64,000 nucleotides of DNA. Source: Bugula neritina (Eukaryota; Animalia; Bryozoa). A model generated the notes under the pieces. That model was not told where the DNA came from and did not search any database. It saw only the letters and a list, made by a program, of their open reading frames with translations. The translations under genes were made by a program, and so were the position numbers. Positions 1 to 11,900 of this stretch are shown here, piece after piece; within the stretch, counting starts at the first letter, position 1; each line of letters opens with the position of its first letter. The DNA is taken from positions 4,248,662 to 4,312,661 of the forward strand of contig OZ037770.1 in assembly GCA_964035545.1 (NCBI GenBank), read 5' to 3'.

Positions 1-856
1 GAAGTAAACCCAATAGCATATTTTAATAAACAATACATGTATATTTCAGCTGTGATAAACATAGTTGTTTTTGCTGCTTGAAACCGTGCCTAGCTATGCA
101 ATAAGGGCTCAGGGCTCAGTGTTGTGTAACTACAACATTTACCAGCACTTAATGGTGTGAGTTAAATTACTGGTTTTAGAGACTGATATATACTTTCAGT
201 TACAAACTTGACCTTATAATTTACATCAATATCTTATTATCACTTGATATAGACTAGTATGACAATACCTAATCAATTTAATTACAAAACGGTTATTATA
301 CTGGCAGAAACTGCAGTGTCATATGTCATTTGCAAACACATATTTGATATAATAATTAATTTCAATACACTATATAATAAACACTGACTGTAATCAAGCT
401 ATCATATATTATCTCAAGCAAGGTCACCATGTATATTATTTCTACTCTTGGATCTTAATCAGTACTACTTGAGTTTCGATAAAAAATTTAAGACATGATG
501 TCTGCAAGTTTTGTATCTTGCAGCTATAAGTGTTCATTGCATGACCCACGTATACGATATTTAATTTTGATTAGTGCTAATATGCATACAAGTATGTAAC
601 TATATTTGTTTTGTTTGTTTGTTTGTTTGTTTTTATTTTGTCGTTGTCGGGGAAAAATTGATTGAGAAAAAATACACAAAATGACAGGGCCTATGGCGCA
701 ATAGCACTGTAGCTAGTTGAGGCACCGAGCCATGAATGGTTGACAGTTATATAAGATTTTTGTTTAGGTTTTTGGAAAGTTTTAGCAACTCAAAGAGTAT
801 TATTTTTTTATCTGGAAATTTGCCATTAGGTGGTCTCTCAGGGCAAGTTTGAAATC

Positions 857-984
857 ACACATGCAAACACACAACACATATGCAACACACGCAAACACGC
901 ACACATGCACACACACACGCACATACCTACACACAAGCACACACGCACACACGCAAACGCACACACACTCACATTCGCACACGT

Positions 985-1048
<64 letters not shown>

Positions 1049-1061
1049 ACACACACACACA

Positions 1062-1123
<62 letters not shown>
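857..1123. repeat. (CA)n microsatellite with degenerate 5' part
   Basis: Visible CA array; it explains the spurious THTH/VCVC ORFs. Confidence 0.97.
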
Positions 1124-1131
<8 letters not shown>

Positions 1132-1253
1132 GTAAAAGCTTCAGAAGATGAGTTGTCATATAATAGGCGACAACGGCAAATAGCTTAGGCAAGTTGCTAC
1201 CAAACATGAAAGATGAAAAAATTTACAAACTAACTTATTGTCATTATTAGCTA

Positions 1254-1338
1254 GTTCCTGTAGTGCAATGATTTGTTGCAATAAGCTTGCAAGATGGAGG
1301 TTTTGAGTTCGAATTACATTGAGGGCAACAACTTTTAC
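1254..1338 (+). repeat. Degenerate tRNA-Ala(TGC)-like sequence (SINE head or solo repeat) related to the repeats at 11240-11559
   Basis: cctgtagtg...gcttgcaag...gaggt...gttcgaat...gggcaa...tttt: A-box-like, TTGCAA loop, B-box-like and T-run, collinear with the minus strand of 11457-11545. Confidence 0.55.
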
Positions 1339-2914
1339 AAAATCGAAAAATAAAAGGTAACTATTATATCACTCTTTGTAGTAGCCTACTAAAAGTACTT
1401 TAATTTCCATAATTTTCAAGTATTTGTGTAAAATAAAATAGCATTTAAAGTTATTTAATTATGTCTCACTAAGTTTAGTTTTTTATAAACAATAACAGCT
1501 GTTACAAATTTAACCTAAATAATTTTGATAAACTGATTCAGTTAAACCTATTAACCTTTATGCAATCACCTTAATTTACAGTTATGTAATATTAAAGCTC
1601 GTTTGAGTTCAACGTGAATTTTGCTATAGCTATCAACTTTTGGCATAACTTGTAGTTCTATTATTAAAAAGTTGCAATAGCTGTGGGCCTCACATAAACT
1701 AATTAATATAATTTTAAAAGTATTTTCTAGTATAAAAAGTATTTTAAAGGGTCAGGAGACCACAACTCCAGCTGTAATCCATCACTATAATTAGGTCTCT
1801 CAAAGCTGCAATTTGAATTATTGTCAAAAACACAATTATTACAATAAAAAGGTGGAAGTTCATATTTTTATGAATTAAATTAAACAGCTAATTTTGAGTT
1901 TTACAGATTTTCATACATATAGTGCTTGAAATATCATTTTATTTCCGTGCTGACAAGGTATCATTGGTAACGACAATAAAACACTTTGGTAATGATAAGA
2001 CTGAATCTTAAATTACAGATCAAATAAACTTTAATCTTGCTTCAAAAGTTTCTCATTTAAAGTAAAACATTTTTCAACTCAATCTGCTACCTTCCTAAAG
2101 TTAAATAAACTTGCTATATCATTTCAATTACATTTTTCTGCCATTGAAGTTTAATATTTTTTTATGTTAAAAGTACTGTTTTCTGGTTTACATGTTTATG
2201 CAATGCTGCACTGTGAGCATCCTCTATTTATATTTATGTATAAAATAATTACAATAAACTGATTGTAAATAGAATCTAAGTACAGCTGCACTAAAATGAG
2301 ACATGGTGTCAATGATACAAAAATTCCAGTATACATAAAGCTATTAAATCAAGGGTTAAAATACTTATTTATATCTGACACATAAGTCATGCCAATTGAT
2401 TTCAATCAAATTAAAATACCATGAGTTATTTATGTGTATTAGCTAAAAAATAACATAAAGTATATGTTATTATATATAATACTTATACTATTGGTGCTAT
2501 CTAGCTATACGTTTGTTTTAAAATAAGTACCCATATTATATTATCACACGTTGGCAGTCGTCTCACCCACATCATTGCATTCTGTCACGAGGATATCACT
2601 CCAACTATAACAGAGCTCTTTGTATTAGTTATAGTCTCATCTTAATGAAGTGAACTTGAAAGTTTGCTATAACCAAGGTAACTATATAAATTAAGCTTGA
2701 TAATGTAAGAGTGTTCTATATAAAAGGCTAACTTTTTAAGTTTATTATATTTATTATAATAAAGTTCAAGTTTTGCAAAATAAGCTGAAGGTACTTAAGA
2801 ATCTCTCTGTTATTACCGTTCAATGTCCAAGACACAAGTTTCTTAAATTTCTTATACATTAATGAACTTCTATACTTTGTGCTACAGCTTAGGTGTTTCA
2901 ATTGATGACTCATT

Positions 2915-5900
2915 ATGACTCAGCAAACAGGTTATCCAGTGGACAGCAGGTACTCCTGGGTTGTGGCTGCAGGTAAATATAAAGTAATTTTACTCATCTA
3001 TGCTAAATAATCACTTCGAGTGTAATCAAAATGTACTTTGGGACAAAATTCGTTTATTTTCAATAAAAAGATACAAATAGTTTTAACAAAAAATAATTTA
3101 CTGCAAAAATGGTAGTAAAAGAGAAACGCATGGCCATTAAATTGAACTTAAAAGAAATGAAAACTAAAGTTATAGTTTGAAACGCAACTGTAAAACACTT
3201 GTTTTATATTTTCAGTTTATTAGGTTAATAATTTATTAGCATAATATGTTATCTATTTATACCAATTATAGTTTATCAACATTGTTTTATGTTAGTTTGT
3301 GATAATGTTTCAGCTATCGTGAAATAGAGAGAACGTGCTCAAGTTAGTTGATATATACAAGATAATACTAAAATTATTACAATAAGTGAGACAATTGATT
3401 ATTAAAATTATGGAAAAAAATAGTAAAATAATAAAATAACAAATTACAAATAAAATGTTTACATAAGCACTGAACATCTCCGACAGAATAAAAAAAAGCT
3501 ATTTAGATATGAATGTTTTAAGAGGGCACATAGTTTGCCATCCAACTAGGGGGCTTCCGTTCTCTGATTGAATGCCGTAGGTTGTCGCTATGATTGGCGC
3601 TCTCAGTGGTGTCAACCTGGGTGCTACTAGCATTTTGTTTAGGCTCCTTTGGTGTCTCAGGACTCGCTGGCTCCGTGACGAGCGGTCTGATATTTTTCCG
3701 GTTTCTCCGAAAGAGGTTGTTGTTGAGCTGTACGGCATAGGCTCTGCATGCTACTCAATTGTTTGTTAATTTGTGTCTCCTGCCATTTTCTCCGGTGCTG
3801 ACTCCAGTCTCGAACCAAAACTGGTTGCCCTTCTTTCAGCACTGCCAAATCTCTTGCACCGTCATTGCATCTCTGCTGTAGTTTTTCATTGCGGCCCTGC
3901 TTTTCCCACCAACCTTGGTTGTCCTCTGTTTCTGGCCTGACTTGTGGTAGTACTGACCTGATGGGCCTTCCGATAAGTTGCTGAATTGGGCTAGCCGTCA
4001 GACATTTTTTGGTGGTATTGAGATGCTCCAGCAATTCAAGTTTGTGCTCTTCACATCTGCAGAGTATGCGCTTGATTATCTTGACAGCAGACTCTGTCTT
4101 CCCATTAGACTGAGGATGATATGGAGAGCTGGTGGTGTGTGTGAAATTCCATGATTGGCTGAAAGTAGAAAACTGGTGTGAAGTAAACTGTGGTCCGTTG
4201 TCAGTGTGAACCTGTCTGTGTATTCTCAGGCGTCCAAAACAGAGCTTTATGAAGTCGATTACAGCCTCTGCTGTTTGGTTGTCCAGTCGGTCGTATTCAA
4301 GATAGTCAGTCGTATAGTCAACAATAGTAATGTATTGAGCGTGGTTGTATTCAAACAAGTCGATTCCTACTTCTGTCCAGGGTTGTTGGGGAACTGCGTG
4401 GAGTAAAAGTGTTTCCTTCTGTTGCCGGGAAGCATCTATTTGACATTGTTGACAGCTAGCAATATTGTTTTTGATGTCATTGGTGATGCCAAGCCAAAAA
4501 ACTGTGTGGCGGGAACGTCTTAGTGTAGAGTTAATTCCATTATGGCCAGCATGAAGTAGTTGGAGAAACTTTCTCTGGAGTGCCTTCGGAATAATGGCTC
4601 TTAGTCCTTTTTAAACATTGCCATTGTCAATAGATATTTCGTCCTGAAAGTGTTTGTACTTTTTATGAGTTGTGCAGTTGGCAATGTTCCAGTCATGTTT
4701 AATAAGGTTTTTCAGTGTCATAAGTTCATTGTCCTGTGCAGTAGCAGTCCTAATGCTGTTAATTAAGTCGTCACAAACAGGAGCGTCATTATTCTGAGAG
4801 TCAATGTGAAAAATGTGTTCTGGTAGTTGTTGATAATTGGGAGAGTCAAAGTATAGGTCTCTTGAAAGTAAGTCAGCCGTGATCTGTTCAGCACCCTTTT
4901 GCCAAGTTACCTTAATGTTGGGGTATCTTTGTAAGTGAAGAAGCATAGCCTGCAACCTAGGAGATGCCTTATGAATGGATTTCCTAAAAATAGATACAGG
5001 GTTTGTGGTCAGTTTGGATAGTGACAGCATGGTGACCAAAGATATAATGGTCAAAGCGTTCAGTGCCAAACACTATGGCAAGGCACTCAAGCTCTAGTGG
5101 TACATAGTTCTGTTCCGATTTTGTTAAACTGCGAGAAGCATATGCTACAGGCTTGCCTCCTTACATGAGTGTTGCACCCACACCCGTATTTGAAGCATCA
5201 GTTTGTATAGTTACTGGCTTGTTGCAGTCAAAGTATTGTAGAGTTTCCGAGTCAGTTAATAGGGTCTTCAGTCTATTAAAAGCGTTCATTTGGTCGCCAG
5301 TCCAGTGAAAGTCTCGAGCATTGTCTTGTGTCAGTAAATGTTGTAATGGTTCAGATTCCGATGCTAGATTGCTAATAAATTTTGACGTGTAGGTGATGTG
5401 ACCAAGGAACCGTTTTACTCCTTGTGGAGATGATGGAGGTTTCATCTTAAGAATGGCATTTACTTTGTTAGGATCTGGTAGTTTGTCCTGAAGGAAGCGG
5501 GATTTTTCCTGGTTCAGTCTCAGTCCTGTCTGTCGAGCACAATTGAAGAGGGCTTCAAAGTTTCTATCATGCTCTTTCCTTGTCCTTCCGAAAATTAGGA
5601 TGTCATCTGCAACTATAGTGATACCAGCAAGATACTAGCAAGATTTTCCATGAGCCTTCTCTGAAACTCCTCCGAAGCTGATGCAATTCCGAAGAGTAGC
5701 CTTAGGTACTTGTACTTCCCCATGGGAGTCCAGAAAACTGTCAAGTCTGTAGATTCTTCAGCTAGAGGACTTTGATAGAAATCTTCTTTGGCGTCACACA
5801 AGGAGAAAAACTTGGCACCGTTTAGTTGTGGCAAAACATCTTCCAATGTTGGCATGACAGCGTGGTTTTGTTTAATTGCTTGGTTGAGATTTTGCGGATA

Positions 5901-8900
5901 TATGCAAATGCGTATCTTTCCATTATGCTTGCGTACTGACTGTAGATGGCTTATCCAGTCTGTAGGTACTTCTACCTTAGTGATAGTTATTCTAGTTCAA
6001 GAATAGTCTTGATGAGATCTGATTTCATCGACAAGGGCACCTTCCGCGGTCGAACTTGCACTGGTACAGCTTCAGGTCTTAGCTCTATCCTATATTCCTG
6101 TTAAAATTTTCTAAGTCCACTAAATATATCATCAAAGTCAGTCAGTAAAGTCTGAAGGTCTGGGTCAGTAGTGGCAAAGTTTACATTCTCGTTTTTGGTG
6201 CTGGGCATTTGTAATAAATCCAGGTGCAAACATGATTTCCATGACAGCAAGCTATGTTGGGTGGTTTCCACAACTAGGAATTTTAATGTAGTGTAACATC
6301 CTTTCTTGTTTAGTATCTGTATCCGTGTCTACCCTAGTAGTGCACACTTGCTCTGGTCATATAAAGTTGGTACAGTATCAGTCGGTGTAAGTTTCAGTCT
6401 ACCTAGCTTGCCGTAGTCGACAGTATTCAAAGTATTGCATGATGCACCAGTGTAAAGTTGGAATTCAATGTCATAAATAGTATCTGCTTGCTTAGCAGTG
6501 AGCATCGCTAATAATTTACGATCTCGTACAGTAGTGGAGATAGTACTTACATGTTGAGAGTCACTGTCTGAAGAGTAATTCCAGGTGACTTGATTGGCTG
6601 TTTCAGTCAAGTCGCGATAATGATGCATGCGTGACCTGCAGTTTGCGGCAAAATGGTTAAATTTCTTGCAATGAATGCACTGTTTCCCATATGCTGGGCA
6701 TGCTCAAAATGGGTGATTGCCTCCACAGTTTCCACACCTAGAAGCACCAACTGATCTTCTGACGTTTGGCTGAGAGCGAGTGTGTGAAAGCTGTCCTCTG
6801 TGTTTATCAGCGTTACGAGTGTCGTCAGAGTGATATTGATGAGTCGGAGGTCTATGTTTTACCAAGTTCACTTGTTCGAGTCCATAAGTGTTATCCTTAG
6901 TCATAGTTGCGTAGTCAGTAGCCGATGCTTCTTGCCGTCTACAGAGCTCAATTGCTTTGTCAAAGTCAGTCAAGTCAAACAGTTTCTTTCTAATCTTGTC
7001 ATTTTCAATTCCCAGTATCAGTGCTTGTAGTATCAGTCGGTTGTACATTACTTTTAAGTCACATAGTCCTGCAATGGTATGTAGTTCAGTAAAAAATTGG
7101 TCAATAGTTCTATTCCCTTGCTTACAAGTCAGTAGTGAGTGAGTCTTAGCCACTAAGTTTATTCTTGGTTTGCAGTAGTCATCGAATTGCGTCACAACTT
7201 TGTAATAGTCAGTTTTGTCAATGTTGTCAGTCCAGTTGAAAGAGTCATATATTTGGTTGCCTCGGCAACTGATAGTTCTAAGTAGGTATGCAGTTTTCAC
7301 TTTGCCTTCGGCTGTATCTTTTGATGTGGCAGTTAAAAAAAGTTCGAAGTCACGTTTAAAAATCTTCCACTCTTCAGATAGATTCGATCCATCTGCCAAT
7401 GGTTTCGGCACTAGTAATTGCTCCATGTTGTTTCAGTGTAATCACAGTTAGTTTAAGGTCATTACTTTCCAGATTCAGGCACTGCTTTATGTTATATATA
7501 AACGGTTTCCAGGGGATAGCTCGAACAGTTTTTGTCTCACATTAACTGATTATACATGAAAAGATAGCTCTTGTATTCCTTTTTCATACACCTTTTAATT
7601 TTTCAAAAAAAAGTTTTCTGAAAAAGTTGTTGCATAATAAGTAAAATTTTACACCCTCCATGTTCCACTGCTGTAGCACAGGGGATTCATTTTATAAAGT
7701 AAACTTTTAAAGTTTAAACTTGACATTCCTTGATATGTTTTCTCTAATATACTTTCTTTGTTTTTCGAAATTATCTTTATGTTCTTCACAATTTGGTCAA
7801 AACGTACACCATTTTTCAAGTTTCACTGCAATGGTGGTTCTAGCTACGCTCCTGTGACTAATTATAACGTTCCTAGTACGTTTACCACTCTGTGCGCTAT
7901 CACAATAACATAGTACCCTCTCGCACAAATTGGCAATATATTGGATTTCTGCCAATATAATGTTCCCTATTTTACATTAGCACTTAGCTGCATCTTCTCA
8001 CTATGTTACAATCTATTGAAAATGCCTCAGCAAAACATATTTCTTCGTTTGTTTGGCAGAGTTAATTTCAGCTAAATCACCTCCCTTCACTTTGCAGTCT
8101 TGTCAGTAAAGGTCTGTCTATAGTGCAGCAGGTGTACTTTCAGTTTCTCTAATTCACATATGATTATTTTAAATACGTTGTATTCCATAAAATCAATTTA
8201 AGGTTTAGCCCAGTGTTCAGTATCTAATTAGTATGCATGTATGTTGTCCTATTGTTGAATAATATTTCAAAATAGCCATATTTGTTATACATGTGTAGGA
8301 TTTGCATTTAAGTTGACAAAAAAAAAATAGCCATAGAGTAGGATTGAACCACTATCCACAAACTCATCACTGGCGCCTTTAACCTCTGGACCACACAGTC
8401 ATCACAAATTCGAAGTGCACTATATTAGAAACTATCATTACATAAATATTTGGAACCTCAAAATATGGGTTATAGTTAATAGGCTGTCAATTCATGTTGA
8501 CTAGCAGTGGCTAGCTATTTTCATAAACTGTTGCAATAGTCTCGGGTTACTATCAAAGCTAATGGTTTTGAACAAATAGCCCAAAAGTTGAATAATAAGT
8601 AGCTTGAATTATATTACTAGCTACAAAAACAGGTCTTTAATAGACTATTATTGTAGAGTTTGCAGATGTGCTCCAAAATAAAACTTAAACTGTATGCTAT
8701 TACATAAGTATTTATATGCAAAAGAGTGATGGACAATACTGAGTTTTTGGAAAACAACATACTTGAAGTAAACTTTGACAATGGTGTGTTTTTTTCTTCA
8801 TATACACTAGCACAGCTAGGGCCTATAGCATAACTCTCTAATCATATGAATCTTTATGAAGCCCACAGCTCCTGTAAGGGTGGCAATGTTATTTGAAACT

Positions 8901-11900
8901 AAAAATTATGTTGCTGCATTGTGTTTAAGGTATATTATGGAGCAAAATTTGGTTTTGGTAGCCTACCCCAACGTCATTCTACAATGCAGCTTATATGCTG
9001 GCAGTTGTAATAAGTACTGATAATAGCAAGGTTACTATCACTGCTAGCTCTCTGCAGTATGTATATAACTAACCACTTGAATAATTGCGCCAATTTTAAA
9101 CTCTTGGAAGTTGGCCAAGTTATCATATCGCAGCCAGCCACAGGAGACAAAGCATTACAGCTAGCCATATAACATTATACTGATGCACTTGGTAGCAGAG
9201 TGACTGATCTATTATATGTTCAACACCCTTTACTTTGGGAATACAGCCTCTTTTTTAGGTTTACCTAAAAAACCATGAAAATATCTAAACTAATATTTTG
9301 ATAATTTAGAGGTACATTTTAAAAACCAGGTTAATTGCACTTGTTTGCACAACAACAATAATAAAATATATATTATGCAATGTAATAAAAAAAACACATA
9401 ATACTATATTATAATATATTATAATGACAATAATATATTATAGGTACCATTACTGCATTTTATAACTCGGATGGTTGCCAAAAAAATGTATCACACCAAT
9501 TCTGTAATTACATCAACGATTATGATAAGAAAATAGCACTAGCTAGGCAGCAGGTTGGAATAGAGTAGATTCCTAAAACATGAAATCATGATTTGCCAAT
9601 TGTTTTATTTAGGCCAATCAACCTAGGAATACAAGATTGGGTTTTAGCAGACGGTTTATAGTGCAGTGTAGTGTAGTGTAGCGCAGTGTAGTGTATTGCA
9701 GCGCAGTGCAGTGTAGTGTAGTGTAGTTTAGTGTAGTGTAGTGTAGTGCAGTGTAGTGTAGTGTAGTGTAGTGTAGTGTAGTGTAGTGTAGTGTAGTGTA
9801 GTGTAGTGTAGTGTAGTGTAGTGTAGTGCAGTGTAGTGCAGTGCAGTGTAGTGTAGTGCAGTGCAGTGTAGTGTAGTGTAGTGTAGTGTAGTGTAGTGTA
9901 GTGCAGTGTAGTGTAGTGTAGTGTAGTGTAGTGTAGTGTAGTGCAGTGTAGTGTAGTGTAGTGCAGTGCAGTGCAGTGTAGTGTAGTGTAGTGCAGTGCA
10001 GTGTAGTGCAGTGTAGTGTAGTGCAGTGCAGTGTAGTGCAGTGTAGTATAGTGTAGTGTAGTGTAGTGTAGTGTAGTGCAGTGTAGTGTAGTGCAGTGCG
10101 GTGTGGTGTAGTGTAGTGTAGTGCAGTGCAGTGCAGTGCAGTGCAGTGTAGTGTAGTGTAGTGTAGTGTAGTGCAGTGTAGTGTAGTGTAGTGCAGTGCA
10201 GTGCAGTGTAGTGCAGTGCAGTGTAGTGCAGTATAGTGTAGTGTAGTGCAGTGTAGTGTAGTGCAGTGTAGTGTAGTGTAGTGTAGTGTAGTGCAGTGTA
10301 GTGTAGTGTAGTGCAGTGCAGTGTAGTGCAGTGTAGTGTAGTGTAGTGTAGTGTAGTATAGTGTAGTGTAGTGCAGTGTAGTATAGTGATGTAGGAGATC
10401 ATAGTAAGTCAATGATGGACAATATAATATAATTTCAGTCGTTCTAACAACGTAGCATATCCGGTAATAATACGTTAAGCATAGTTTAGTTATGTGCAAT
10501 TAAATATAATACATACTGCACTACACTATGCTATACTACCCTATAATATCTATTTTACTACACTATGCTATACTATACTATACTATATTATGCTATAATA
10601 TACTATACTATACTATACTATACAATACTATATACTATACTATACCATACTATACTATATTATACTATACTATATTGCGATATTTTTTTAGTTGCCTGTC
10701 TGGTTTATGCACTCTCTGTGCCACAACCAAGAGTGTTGGGAATTGTTCTGGTGGAAACAAAATCTCTCCACAATGTTGATGATGAGGCTGGAGTATGGAT
10801 TGCTCTATTGACTCCCGTTGTAGCATTTGCAAGTGGTGGGAAATAATTTATGTCTTTCTACTTTTCATGTAAAATACATAAAAATTCTGCACATCAAAGT
10901 CAAGCAATGACGCGAGTACAATTAAGTATAAAATATGTGATAAATGATTGTGTTATACTTCATTAAGCTGGCACTAAAACGGGCTAGCTGCTAATATAGA
11001 TCTAGATTGCATCCCCTCATGTTATAGGAACTCTTAGTACATGAGTTCTTTGCTCAGGTCATCAGCATTAGATGAGTTGCATTGTAAAACTATACTTGAT
11101 TGATTGGCATTCCTAAAAGCAATCACATATTATGGACTTGAATTTGGTAATACGTTCTCTATTGTCAGCTGCAAAAGTCATGAAACTAATAACTGTAGTG
11201 TGTTACAAAGACTCACAGCTATACATTCACTACATGAGTTGAAAAATAATTGCCCCCACCAGGATTCGAACCGCAGACCTTTGACTTGCAAGCAGGCATG
11301 CTAACCGATAATGCTACCAGGCTTCGAGATTCCAAACAACCTCCCACCCAGTTCTTTCCAGAACTGCACTGGCCCCCACGTACTCCGTCAATTTATGGGC
11401 ACCACTCACCACTCAAATCCCTGAGAGTACTTCCACAAGACAAGGCCGAAGTAGCTTGAAAAATAATTGCCCCCACCAGGATTCGAACCATAGACCTCTG
11501 ACTTGCAAGCAGGCGCTGTAATCAAATACACTACAGGGGCTTCGGGATTCCAAACAACATGAGTGTTAGCAATATTTAATAACGGGAAGTGCATAATATT
11601 ATTCGGGTTGCAAAACTAAACTGTTTAAGTTTAGAGAATATCTAAAAAATACATTCTATATTTTTTCTATACTACTGCTAAACTTTTGGCTAATGTTGCT
11701 ATCTTTGTTTTAGGACCAGTGACTGGCTACGCATTGATAAGGATACAACACAGGATTGTGGGATGTGTTGGTCTTCTACTTATTGCTCTTGGCTACTTAA
11801 GTTTAGCATTTGTCTCTGATGTGTTTCTACTGTGTATGGCCACTGCTTTGTTGGGTGTGTTTGATTGAGTTTTATTGCACAAGCATTGCCTATATACTGA

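Noticed and set aside
800-1207. Overlapping ORFs with VC/TH repeats (likewise the HYTTL, SLTH and YIYI ORFs elsewhere)
   Set aside because: Artefacts of stop-free microsatellites.
11245-11545. Two functional tRNA-Ala genes
   Set aside because: Anticodon and T stems pair poorly and the copies sit inside a TSD-flanked insertion; treated as tRNA-derived repeats.
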